Part shown: positions 27,574-49,483 of the stretch, one piece after another
Numbering within the stretch: position 1 is the stretch's first letter
Layout: every line of letters starts with the position of its first letter
NCBI GenBank assembly: GCA_051362555.1
Contig: CM120640.1
Location: 9,424,001-9,488,000, forward strand
Direction of reading: 5' to 3'
DNA length: 64,000 bases
Source of the DNA: Lingula anatina
Taxonomy: Eukaryota > Animalia > Brachiopoda
Translations under genes and position numbers: made by a program
The notes under the pieces: generated by a model
Databases searched by the model: none
What the model saw: only the letters and a program-made list of their open reading frames with translations
Told to the model about the DNA's origin: nothing

Positions 27574-28350
27574 TTAATCACTGTCGTCATGCTGCCTACT
27601 TCTTATTGATCTTTTGCCTTGTTTTCGACTTTTAAACTTTGTGCTATCTGGTCTGGATTCTTCTGTGATGGACTTTTCTGAATCTTCTTCTAAGTGTTCT
27701 AAATGAAGTGTAGCTGATGCTGCTGGTTTAGCAGCATCCATTTGTTTAAGTTTTGTCTTTGGTTTCGGCTTCTCTCCTATCACATACTCAGGCATGACAA
27801 CTTTGCCTCCTCGAAACTCGGGTTTAGATGAAAAAGTGTGAGAAGTATCATCAGACAAATGTGATGGTGCTGGTTTTTTGAAGACTGGAACCTTAGATGC
27901 CCCAGGATAATCTTCATCACTGACTGAATCTTTAGCTGAACTTTCTCTTAATTTTCGTCGCTCCTCAAGAAAAGACAGAGCTGCACTCGTATTACTGGCT
28001 TCGGACAACTGACTCTCCGGGACATCCAAGTCATATCGTGTCCATTTCTCTGGGTGAATGCGATAATCTGGAATGTTTCTATTGCCCCTCCGTTTAGCTG
28101 GCACAGGAAATCTTCGGGGAGGCGCTGGTCGTTTGAATGGTCTCCTCAGCTCTTCCACCACCACGGGTTCCGATTTCAACAATTTATCGTCCTCTGCCCT
28201 GTCTGATCTCCTTTTGTGCTTTTCATATGCATGGTGTTTATCTTCTAACGCGTTGAGACAAGAAAACACATCGGAGCTCTTGTTCTTAAAGGAGGTACTG
28301 ACTCCATTTAAAGCAAATCCTGACTGTTTGTTGTCTGGTGAAGAACTCAT
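27574..28350 (-). CDS. TSSC4: TSSC4 (U5 snRNP assembly factor), single coding exon, 258 aa from ATG 28350
   Basis: Family motifs FKNKSSDVFSCL, PDYRIHPEKWTRYDL, SNTSAALSFL, KVVMPEYVIG, LHLEHLEED; uninterrupted ORF. Confidence 0.88.
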   Translation of the reverse strand: MSSSPDNKQSGFALNGVSTSFKNKSSDVFSCLNALEDKHHAYEKHKRRSDRAEDDKLLKSEPVVVEELRRPFKRPAPPRRFPVPAKRRGNRNIPDYRIHPEKWTRYDLDVPESQLSEASNTSAALSFLEERRKLRESSAKDSVSDEDYPGASKVPVFKKPAPSHLSDDTSHTFSSKPEFRGGKVVMPEYVIGEKPKPKTKLKQMDAAKPAASATLHLEHLEEDSEKSITEESRPDSTKFKSRKQGKRSIRSRQHDDSD

Positions 28351-28765
28351 GATCTTGTTTGTGTACACAAGAGCATAAATGTTTGTCAGTAAATAGTATT
28401 ATTAACTAACAAATACTTTAAAGACGTCGAAAAGATGTTTTTGTTTACATGACCCAGAAACCACGCACCTTCAAGGGCGCAGCCATATTGAATACGGAAA
28501 TAGCCGAAGTTGGCGGCATGTTTTTTCATGTCAATTAAATCCAATATATGTAATTAAACATTGATATGTGTCATTACATATGCACAATTTAAGAATTTAG
28601 ATTACTTAAGAAAATAATTTTAGTAGGAATTTAGTTTTTCGTTTTTCTGAAAAAAGGCGGAAACAGTCGAGCAGCCGGCGCCATAAAGAGTTAGCTTGTC
28701 ATTGTTCAGATACTGACGGTGCTACACCAGATATTTCGGATTATTAGACCTCCGATACTACCAAA
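28351..28765. promoter_or_regulatory. Putative bidirectional promoter TSSC4/ACTL6A
   Basis: Start codons diverge ~415 bp apart; local CpG enrichment and YY1-like GCAGCCATATTG and GGCGCCATA motifs. Confidence 0.65.
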
Positions 28766-37361
<8,596 letters not shown>

Positions 37362-40273
37362 ATATGTGCATGATTGTTGAAAGTGACAGTTTCCTCTGGA
37401 CCATAGTTTTTTTATTTTTTAGGTTCAATGAAAACAATTTTCCTACAGTAAAAAGGAATATGATGAAAATCATGGGTTTTAAAATGTGTACATTATCTTT
37501 GTATAATATATAAAGTTGGCTGTCTAACATACAAATGAATTGTGGAGAGCTAAATGTATTTTTTCCAAGTGTATATAGGACTCTTAAGGTAACTTCCATC
37601 ATCACTTAAGGTTGTTACTAATTATAAATTTGAGTCAGAGTATGAGAAATGTCCATTGTTTTCTCAATTTAGAGACATCATACCTTCCTGTATGTATCTT
37701 TTATGACATACTTCATGTAAATACATATAAAACATACTTGTGGTTTGTTTTTATTGTTTGCAACAAAACCAAATGCTTGTTCATTTCTCTCTCCTTGCAC
37801 ATAACATCTACTGTTTATACAAATTGGTTTTAAAATTTAACAAATGCTCTTTAAAATAGTAAGTCTATGGTTGCATATATGAGGTGATGTTACTTAGATG
37901 TCTGAACCAAATACTAGAAACACACTTCAACCTCTTTATTGTAACATCAACTTTTATTCACTACTCTCATGTATCAAAACCCATTTTTTATATAAAATAT
38001 TTAAAACCACTAGCCAGAAAAAAATTTAATGTATTCTCAGTCATTCTTCAGCTACAAAATGATTTCACCAGATTTTTCAGCTGTACACTTTTCTCCCTCT
38101 TCTATGCTCATGTGGACATCGATGTGTGAATTTTAAATAAAATGAAAAAATCTAACTCAGTATTTTTACAACAAAATAAACCAATAACTAAGAAATTATA
38201 TCCCTTTATATTCAAACTTGGCATAAATAAAAAATACCACGAGTAGAATTAACAATGAACATCAGGCCTTATCATTATAACACTTAATACCCTTTTTTTA
38301 TTGGCCAAATGTTACTCGCCCAGCTTGAAATCTACACATTTTTTCAGTTAATAAAACTGACACATCTTTGGTTTGTTGCTTTTCTTAAATCAAACAATTA
38401 TTATGTATAGACACCACCATATGTTAACTTTGTTTCAAATAAGAACAAGTCTGGTGGCCCCCCTCTTGCTGACTAGAGCAGCTTTCAAAAATTTAACTAC
38501 AGTAATGAACAAAATGAATAAATGAATTTCCATAAAATACCTTTGAAAGGTTAGTTGGCTTAGTGTCTTAAAGTACATTATCATGAGCTACAGGAACTGA
38601 GAAAAATTTTAAAATGAGGTTTTAGATCGTTTAAAATTTTTAATTACTGTCCCACTATTCGCTGGCCTGAGAAGATTCATCGACATGGGTTATTTCTCAC
38701 ACTGCATGAGCTGTTTTAGATGTGCAAAGTTATATTATGCTGAAATGTATAATAAATAAAAAGAAAAGCTTTGTATACCCCTGACTTTGCTAAACTTGAG
38801 CCAAGTGACAAAACTACAAAAATTTCTCAAAGTAAAAAAAAAAATGTTCTATCAAGCAAAATGTGGAGAAAAAGCAATCACTTAAGCAGACTACACAGTT
38901 ACTTGTACATTTAAATGCAAATCCAACATTGTGCCAAAATATACCCTTTAAAGAAGCTGGAATATTCCAAGTCCCTACTTAAAAGTATGCCCCGACAAAG
39001 TTTACGGCATAATTTGGCAATTACCCAATCAATTCAAACAAAAAATTTTCATGAAACAATGCTCAGTGCGTAACTGTTACAATCGTTCAGTTAAAAAAGT
39101 TCTGAAAAGGTAAAGGACTTTGTCTAAGAAAGTATATCAATGTGAGTGACTGTAAATGATAAATCTTCAAAAAGTAAAGTATCAGAGTAAGTAAGAAGTT
39201 CAAAAATTTCAAGTAATTACCATATACCTGTAAACAAAGCTAGTTTTTAATTGATGCAAAGATATACATTTTCAATTAAACTGCTGGCAAACAATTGTAT
39301 CCTTTTTCTGAATTAACCCTTATTTATAAATATACTAAAAAAATATATCATTTAAAGGAGTGCTTTAACATGTGAAAAGATCTTGTGGATTAATCCAGTT
39401 ATACTACCAACTTAGTGGTAAGTTATTCTTCACTAGTTTAAATTTACAAATGTCAAAATATTTGTTTAACAAGCAGAGAGCATACTTTTAAGTTACTTTA
39501 GCATGAAAAATGCTCAAAATGGAAATGGGACTCAAATTTATCTCCTGGGAGATAACCCTAATGTCTGGCTACATTACCAGTGCTTATGCTTTAAATCACA
39601 AATCTTATGTCACATCCTTTGTTTCATAAATAAAATGGACAGTTATATAGCAGTTTCTATGCACATTATCTTCACGGAAGACTTACTGGTAATCATTCCT
39701 TGTAATGAAGCTATAAATATGTAGCAATCATCCTGCATGAGACCCTGATTACTTTTCCAGCATAATTACCAAATGTGATATAAAAATACCACATATTTCA
39801 GGTGACTAATAATCACAGCCAGTGCCAAAACAGACATTTATGATTCAAAGACTGCTTTATGGATTATGAACATAACACATGAGTAATAGCCTTTTTTTCA
39901 GCAACCAAGTTTGAAGTTTTCACAGCAACACCAACTTCAATATTCTGTGCATTATTTACAGTTGGGTGAGGATTCTGGTATTATTCACTAACAAAGATTA
40001 AAGTGCATGATCAGAAATGGAATTGATTTTGAAAAATCATTGTCAATCATAACTTAATCTTCCTTTTTGTACCATCCAGATAACGTTCACTGTCTACTGG
40101 CAACAAAAACTCCCACACTACAGTTCTACTCTGGAGTAAATTAAACATTTAAAGCAGCCTTTTTTCTGTTTAAAACAGGAAAAAAAGCATCAAGAGTAGT
40201 CTTTACTGATTGTTGTCACTTGATTTTTAAAGGTGATGACACAAGAAGCTGCTTTTGACACATTCAGCTGACC

Positions 40274-43200
40274 TTACGATGACTCAAAATTTATGTTTCC
40301 ACCATACAAAGCAAGTAAAAGCATGACTCCAAATCCAGTTAGAAGGCCCAAATTTTGGATAATAAATATCTTGGTTTTCCCCTGACCTACATTTTGTTCA
40401 TCTTCTGTTGCATGGTTAACTTCTGGCATCTGAAGCAAATACAAATGCATCAAAATAGATTTCTCAAATGTTGCAATTTTTTTAAATTTAAATTTGCACA
40501 GAAAAATAAGATTTAGAATAGAACTGTTTACTTTTTTACTGGACTTACCATGTCAGCTAGAGAGATGTAAAGAAACATTCCCCCTGCTAGTGCAAACACC
40601 CACTCATTAGCAGCGGTTGCCTCGGAAACCAGAATACCAAGGATCAGACCGAGGTAACAGGCACATGCAGAGAGGAAGTTGTAGCCAACAGCCTGCCAAC
40701 GACTCATCCCAGCATTTAACAGGATTGCAAAATCACCTAAAAGTCAACAAAATAAAATATTCAATTTTTTCTTTTGCTCATCAAAATTCACTGATATCAC
40801 TTGTACCAAAGAATATTTCAAGAAAATGTATAAAATTAATTCATAAAATGTTAACTTAAGATTTTATTATATATATGCAATAAAATTCAAAGCACATGCT
40901 TCAAACAAAAATTTTTTAATCTTTTGTGAGAATTTGTAAATCACTTAATTATCTTTTTCATTTTTGGAAGTTTAGCAAGACTGTCAATCTGTCCTCTCAT
41001 ACATCAAATACATGTGTATTTAAGTATCTGTTAACTACAAGCATCCTTACCCAATTCATGAGGCAACTCTTCACATATCACAGCAACAGAGACAGATATT
41101 CCAAGATAAATACTCTCTGTGAAAGCAGCCCCTATGGAAAGACCATCTATAAAATTGTGGACAGCATCACCAAAGATGATCATCCAAGCAACAGGGGCTA
41201 TTTTTGGTTTCTTCACTCCACTTTTGCTGCTCTGCCTCTTTATGGCATTTGAAATTGGATAGTGACTATGGCCATGGTTACCCTGGTTTCCCTGGTTATT
41301 GGTGTCAGACTGGTCCGCCATAGCACCATTCATCAGATCCTGTAAGTAGCATAAAGTGCACTTATATTATTTATTTAGTACAGATTTCACAATTGTATCG
41401 GATTCACAGGATGGTGACAGGGAAGTTCAAAACAACTTAATGTTGACAGTACTTTTTATTGGTAAATATATTATGCTTTAAATATCTGTGTTAAAATATC
41501 AATATTTCTGTTAACATCTATCTAAATGATTGGACATAATAGTAATTACTCGATCTTTTCAATGGGGAAAAAATAATGAATTTTACAGATACTGTTTTTT
41601 TAGGTTATAATTTCTTAAAGTTAGTACTTTCCTATTGAGTGGTAGCAACAAAATGAAAAGGCAGGCTACTCTGTGGTTATATTCTATGCAGTAAAAGAAC
41701 CACAAATACTATACAGAAGTAAATTTTTTTGTGATTATAAAATTATGTACCTGAAAGTTTGATCATTTTTGCCCATAGAAAGATCAAGTCATTACCATAC
41801 ACTGATTATTATAACTCTTCCCTTTTAATCTGCTATTGTTATTTCCTGTTTTATCTTTGTGGTAAAAAAATGAACAGAACTTTAAGATACAGTGAGACTG
41901 TCAATTACAAGATAAAACAGGTTCAAATAGCAGAAGTCACAATTTTACGTTAATTTTCTGTTTCCACCATTTGAACCATTATTATTCTTATTAAACAATG
42001 AAAGCAGAAACTTCACATTTTCATTACCACAGAGAACACACTTCTTAATGTCACAGAGATTAGTGCAATCGTGCCAATTCTCGAAATGCTGCTACAACTG
42101 CATATGCAATAAGCACACATGCACTATTAAGAAATAACTGCAAATTAATCTAATAATAATAATAGTTCAATTTATATATCAATTATACACTACAACATGA
42201 ATATACCTAACGAACTGAACATGCAAAAATGGTGATTTCATAGCAAAATAGCTGACTGGCTAGTTTCTTGAACAATACGTAAACACAATATTAGATATTG
42301 GCTTAGTTGAAAAAAATAATAAAAACAATGGTGGGCCAATGGTCAGAGAAAAAAGACAGATTCCATTTAGACTAAAGAACATTAAATTAATCCTGAAATT
42401 GTGTTAAATAAGAGTTCTCAACAAACTGAAGAAAAAGTGAAAGAGAAATATGACAAGATATGGAATCACATGTGCCACCACCTTTAACTTGAAAGATACT
42501 TCTACAAGTTTTCTATATTATAATATATAAATTCAAATTAAAAAAAAACCCTGAAATACCAAAACTGTGTGGCTAGATCAAGATTAAGATTTAGTCTTGT
42601 ATAAAACATACATCATACAAAAGCATGTGGTGTCAGTAAAACTGCAATGAGATAAGCTGCAAACAGGCACAGAAGACATCAAACAGGTTTAATATATGCA
42701 TCATGCCGGCTTCAATCTTTTTTGTGGAGTTAAGAGTGCCAAGCCTTGGTTCTTACATACCTGGACGCGTAACTCCACCCCATCACATTTCACTGTCTCT
42801 CTTTTCTGCGCAGAAGGTGAGGCCTTAGACACTGCATCAAACTAATGGGAAGAAATTCTGCCTTAACCAGCCTAACTATCAAAACTTCATACACCTGCTT
42901 TAAAAACTATGGCTTCCATAACATTTTTTATAAATGGGCCATTTCATAAAAAGATTTTTTACTTTGATAGAAAGTGAAAAAAACAGTGTGTCATTTTATC
43001 GTGTTTTATGTGAGCCTTAGATTATTATTATTTTTTGTGTGCCTGTGCATATGATTACTTGAGTGGCATAAGAGTAACTGAAAAAAAGAGAAAGAAAAAT
43101 AATAGCAATTTGCTAGTAGGCTGAATTATTTTAACAATTCAAAAATTTTAATAACTCAAAAGGTCAGTTTTATAGCTTTAAAAACATTGAAACTTTAGAG

Positions 43201-46200
43201 CTTTTTACATTTTTAAAGATCGGCTCCAATTTTATGACCACCAGCCTGGCTAGTCTTTAGACAGAGAAAGTTTATACAGAGAAGAGAGATGATGCAAGCT
43301 GGTGTGTCCAGTTTTCATTCAAAGCTAATTTAAGATGAAGCAGTAGAAGCTATTCAAAGCAGCATATAGGCCAAGGTAAATATGTGCAACCCTCCTGATG
43401 ACAAAAAGGGATCTCTATGCAAATCAAAAGCAGTTTCCATTTGTCTTATAAAATCATAAATTCCCAATAGAAAGATTACCAAGTACAAAACAGCTGAACT
43501 CACTGTTTTATATCCGACTTAGTGAATTTTTGTTGTTTTATAATAGAAAGTTAATCTGCCAAAGCACCCATGATCCATCTATATTATGGTTGCAAAAAGC
43601 ACCACAAGTGACATACATAAGTGTTTCTTAACAAAGAAGATTTACAAAATTCCAAAAGCTGCAAGTTAGTCATCTAAGTTGGTTTGTTTCCTTTTTTCTT
43701 TTACTCTACTGACACAAAATAGTTATAGAAAAGGGTTTAAGTGCAGTTATCATAAAAAATTATTAGTATAAAGATGTTGGCAAAGAGATAAGCATAAGTA
43801 AAAGAGAAACTAGATAGCAAGGAAGGCAATAAGCAGATATCTAACATAAAATTTAAGGAAACAGATAAATTTAAGGTGAATGTCATTAGAAAAAATGGTG
43901 GTTATCTCCGGGAAAGCAGGAAATATCATTATATTATCTTTATAATTGGTTAAATACCAGCCGTTTGGTTGCCAACTAGCAAGTTTAACATAATCTAATC
44001 GTGTATAATGATGGAAATACATGGATTAATTTACCTATGAACTCCATTACATGCCATATATGAGAATTCCATCTGCCTGTTATCATGGATAAGTAGATAT
44101 GACTTCACTGAAGGTCAGAGCCAATAGACAAGCTTGTCCCCAAGAATTCATAACTTTGAGAAATTCAGATGATCTAGCTAAAACAACTTGGTAAACCACT
44201 TATAAGGCTTCCCAAAATTAAAAACACCATGCAAGCCCCATATCTCTGTGTAGGCCTGGGGAGTGCCAAAACTAAAAGATATGTTTACTATTGCTTATGT
44301 ATATATGTATACATATATATTTACAACTTACATTGCATGCATCATTCTCTACCCCTTCCTCTCTCTCATTGTCATCTAATAAATCAGCACTGCTCTCATT
44401 GCCCTGCATGATTCCATACTTGGCTGCCCCCTCCTTCATTTCAGGTGGAACTTTCAGCTCTGGATCCACTTCAACATGGGTGTGAGTTTGGACTGATGCC
44501 AGAGTGGCTATTTCTTCATAGGTTCTACGCCTTTCTTTCTTTTTCTAGAAAAATACCAGTTGAAAAAAACTGAAATCAGCTTGAGTATAAAGTGTAAAAC
44601 ATAATCAGAAAACAGATTTGCAAGGTATTCTACAAAAAAGGATACCAAAACAAGTTTTAAATTTCACTTTTTTTTTTTCAAAACTTGATTACATATCATA
44701 ATGTGGGGGGAGAAAAAAAATGTTGCAGCCATTCTACAAAAGACCATCAATTTCATTATATGATACAGTGCACTGGTAAAAGCCATATGTTATTTCAAAT
44801 ATGACTAAGACAATTACCAGTTTAATATCCAGGTCTAATAAAAAAGATCATTAATTTTATTCCCTCATATCACACTGTATTTCCCTCAATGAGGTAATGT
44901 CGTACAATTTAAGGCCTTGGACAAAGTCGTCAGAATGTTTTACAAAACCCAGGAAAGTGATATTTAACCAAGGCACAACCAAGGTTGATAACAACGCACT
45001 GACTTAAAAGCAAAAATGCGCTTTTGTTTTATTATATAAAATGTAATTACTGAATGTCAATATTCTCCAAGAATAAATCAAAAGCTGCAACAGCACTGTC
45101 ATCTGACACTGCTGTCGTCTGATTGATAATATATGCAGCCATGAATTTTCCTATTCTTTCTTTAATTTGATAAAAAATAATAATAAATCACATTATTGGT
45201 CAATATTCTGTTTGATCAGATCTCAAATTCACATATATAAGACCGTAATATATGCTAATAATAAAGTGAGATCTATTACTGCCTTACCTCTTTTCTGTAC
45301 ATGATTGCCTTCATGGTATACTCTAAAATAAAGAATAAATATATTCCCCCTAGTACTGTCAGTCCTTTCCATATATATGCACCTTCTTCATCATATTCTG
45401 CTAATCCAAAAGACTGGAAAGACAACAAAGTTAAGATTTAAACATTATAAATATCATTCAACAATAATGTTGAAAAAATGTAGAAAAGAAAGAAGAAACC
45501 ATCACAACTAAGAAGACAGTATTCATACAGTATTCAAAAAAGTCTAAAGAGAAAATGAAAATTTCCAACAATGTTAACATAGCAAAGGTAAAGGATAGAA
45601 CTTAATTTGACAGACGTTGGCAACTTTGTCATTTGTGTAATTAATCTTTCATATTCTGTAGAACCTACTCTATTCAAATAGTATTTTAGTAATCAGTTTT
45701 GCGAAAAGTTCTATGTAAACACTTTTCCTTATGGCAAGATTTTTGATGTTCCTAGTTATTTTATCAGTCTTAATATTTTCTACCAAATCATACTGAAATG
45801 GCAAGAATTAAAACATATTCAACTGAAGTTGTAGAGCTAGATTAATTTATTACAATTACTCACATCTGGTATCAAGAAAAACAAAGCACTTCCAGCCAGT
45901 GTTCCTACAGCAAGGGCCACCATGAATATCAGTAACTTTTTGTAGAAAAATTTGTTCATGAAAGGGACCAGGAGCACACCAAGGAGAGCACATATATTGG
46001 TTATAGTCACAAACAGAATACCATATCCCCAAACTGAAACAAAATAATATACAACAAATTATATCAGTTGAAAAATAAAAGACAGTGGCATTTTACTCTT
46101 GGTCACTATTCAGCTTAAATTAAGATTATAAACCAATTTGACAATGTTTCAAGTATTGCTCCACTGGCATTTAGATAAAACAGAATTAATTAATTGGTTC

Positions 46201-49023
46201 TTACCTTCTCCTTTTGTAGGCTTTTTAGATTTGCTGCTTTTTGCCAAACGAGGTATAAAACATTTTTTATTCTGAGCTTGATACAGTAGAGTCGGGCTTA
46301 TCTTTTTCAGGGTAACAGAGTTGATAGTGCTTCTATTGGGTAGGGAATGGAAAGAAACTATTTCTTCAGCTGTGAGGCACTGAAAAAGAAATAACTGATA
46401 CGTAAGTTGATCACATCTTAACCCAATTTCATTGTGTGAGGTCATTTCCACAAGACTTTTTAACATTAAAAATTTTTGAAAATTGGTATTCATTTATTTT
46501 TACAATTGATTTACTTTATTTATTTATTATTATTATTCTTTTTTCTTCAAAATTTCCTGGTTTTATAACATTTGGTGTTAGGCTTCAGTATACATATGCA
46601 TCTGGATTATGATTACTCTTGATGCTCCTTCAGTTGGGAAATAACCACTGAAGTCAATATGACCCCATTCATTAATTAGAAGATTATTTAGCCACAAACT
46701 TCCACATACATGTTACAAAAATTTTGACTTTTAACCAGGCATTCAAACTCACATGCAATCAAGGTACATTACTACCTGTATCAGGAAATCTTTTTGTCCC
46801 TGTATGTTAAATTTTTATTGTGTCACAGTATTTTCTATGTACGTTTGTGCTACACTCCTTTTCAGGGTATGCTTATCAATGACATGTATGCCACTGTGCA
46901 GTAAACAGCACTACAATATGCACTTCAAAAAATTAAAAGTTAATACAAAACAAAGATATTATTACTCAGGCAAGACAGACTGGCTATAAAGGCTATTGTG
47001 CGGGTGAGATACATCCAATACAAGACTTTTACAAGTTTTTAGTTCTGTGTGAATATGGCTTTGAGTGAAAATAGCAAATAGACATAAAAAGACCCAATTA
47101 GGTATGGCAGGATACATAATATGTTGCTATAATAAGTTCTACCAGTAAGTATTTATCACTAGCATAATTAAAATTTGATTGAATATTTGAATAAAAGTCA
47201 CTTATTGTCATCAAAAACAAGGTCATAAACTCTTGTGAGCAGAGAGATACATGAATTATGAAATGTAATTATAATATCCTTTCAGTGCAAGAAAACAAGT
47301 ACCAAAATCAACAGCTGCTGGCCACTTCTCATCACTAATTCAGAAAATAATTTCCAAGCAATCAATCATTAATCTTATGAATTTAAGCCTTCCAAGCCAG
47401 GGTTTTCATGCCAAAAACTCATATCTAACAAATTTTCTTGAGGTAAAGGGCATTTTCCCCCTGACTTACCAACCTTAAATCTTCCTTTTGTAACACTTGC
47501 CATAACTCTGTAACAATATTAGATAAACCAAAAGAACAAAACTCATGCTTTTAGCATTTTCCACATATTCCATTTATTTCATTGACTTGATACCAGATAT
47601 CGTGAGACTCTCAGGCTATGACCTGGAGGTTATTTCTAATTGTTTCGAGGTGGCTGACAACAGAGGTAAAACAAGGGACGGTGAACATGATTATTTTTTT
47701 GTGATCATGATTAAGGCCATTTATCTGTAAGTTTATGTTTTAAAAGTTTTTACAGTAAAACATCTCAGGTAAGTTTAACAATAGGTGATTTATGCTCTTA
47801 GAATGCTTTTAAAACCCTGGCTTGGATCATTTTAAATAACAAATATATGCTAGTGGGATCTTATATACAATAAATTAATACATCATCATATAAAAAATAG
47901 AAAAAATTATGAATTTATTAATTTATTATGTTTCCAAAATAGGACTTCAAAGGGATTGTCAATATTTTTATATTAAATATACTGAGTATTTTCATGGTGA
48001 AAAGTTAACATCAGCATTTACTTAAGTATTATTTTCTCCCTAATTCTAATTTCTCTTTCATTCACCTGTTTTGATGTGCAACTTTCCCCACTTTCCAAGT
48101 CTCAACTTCCTTGATTTTTTTCCACAAGCCCCCATACACATATATATTCTTTATGTTGTTAAACTGTAACAGCTGCATAATAGCTCACCATATACTACCT
48201 AAACCATTCACGCTGTTAATGTGCAACACACCTGCTGCAGAAGCAGGCAGTGGAATTACATGTGTATCTGACAATTAATGCCAACACTTAAATATTGAAT
48301 TTTTTTATTCATGTCTTTCTTACAATCCAAACAATATTTTACTTTCTTCTACTTTTTATCTAGAGTTATAAATTTTCAAATATGTTTTATTTTATTTTCT
48401 TTTATTTATTTATTTATATATCATGACTACAGGATCAATCAAAATCTTTAAATATCACTTATATTCATTGTGTAAGTATTTCTTCTGATTCATATTGAGG
48501 GAATCACAAATGATATCATTCCCCATACCTATCAATGAATAATTCAAATCATGACTTTGTCTCCTCTGATGAACCCCGAACAAAAAAGCCAGAAAAGAAA
48601 TCAACCACCAACATTTGTGTAACTATTCATATATAACTTTAAAATGAAAACCCCCTTCAAAACTTATTTGAGTAAAACATAATTATAAGATAAAGTCAGC
48701 TCTACCAGGCACTGGTAGAACCAGTTTACCTTTTCTTTGAGACAAGCCTCCGACGCTGAAGGTATCGAATCTGTATCTGGGTTCACGTAACAAGCATGGT
48801 CCCCGTTATCAGAAGTGGCCCCGTGACTATCGGCAAGATTTTGGTCTCCGCCATCCTTCAACGCTTCCAACAACGAACTTAACTGGTCCACGCTCAACGT
48901 GTCGTTCGACCCATACTTACTCATCAAATTTCTCACAAAGAAATCATCCTTTGATATTCCCTGACAGAATGTTGCCGTTGCAACGAGGTAAACAAAGACG
49001 GAAATATGAGTTAAAATCACCAT
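40274..49023 (-). CDS. LIV-1 family ZIP metal transporter, ZIP8/ZIP14-like (SLC39A8/14), 8-9 exons
   Basis: Signal peptide [22 protein letters not shown]; PAL-like motif SPTLLYQ; TM motifs [85 protein letters not shown]; stop at 40274-40276. Confidence 0.93.
47391..47826. mobile_element. Probable old MITE (~436 bp) in SLC39A intron 1
   Basis: Perfect 16-bp inverted termini TCCAAGCCAGGGTTTT / AAAACCCTGGCTTGGA; TSD not clear. Confidence 0.55.
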
Positions 49024-49483
49024 ATCAAACGGCTGTGTAACTTTCTCCTAGCTCACGTTATCCAAAGTTAACTCCACAGTGAGATGGGTGAAATGTGACC
49101 GTGGTTGATCTTCGTTCCACGATAAAGCGATCATAATGTCATGAGCATGGTCTTTCCCACATCAGCAAGGTCATTTTCAGGTCAAGGTAAAGGTCGTAAG
49201 GCTTATGCGCGTTTAAAATTAAAAAAAAAGTGCTGTAGAAAAAATATAACCTACAGAAACTATTATCAGCTAATTGTGATGGTAGTTTTCACATCTTTAG
49301 AATGTAGCTGATAAAATATACAGTGTCCTGTGTTCCACTGTGGGGAATTTCATTTGTCTTGCGCAAATATCTCGTTCTCCAGGCTGCGAAGATTCAAAAG
49401 TGAAGAGGATTTCCCGGCACGAGCGAGAAGCATCAAATGTCTGTCTCAGATACCAGGCGTCGCACGCAAGTTTTTAACCAAAC
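49024..49483. promoter_or_regulatory. Putative bidirectional promoter SLC39A/FBXL18
   Basis: Divergent ATGs ~460 bp apart, locally CpG-richer than the surrounding introns. Confidence 0.6.

Noticed and set aside
28351-28368. Extended TSSC4 start given in the ORF track
   Set aside because: It is a GTG; the first in-frame ATG is at 28350
44034-44110. Possible extra SLC39A exon
   Set aside because: Candidate acceptors give a stop or an incompatible phase
44830-45260. Possible Crypton-like non-autonomous repeat (CCAAGGCACAACCAAGGTTGAT motif)
   Set aside because: Resemblance only from memory; no termini or second copy visible in the window
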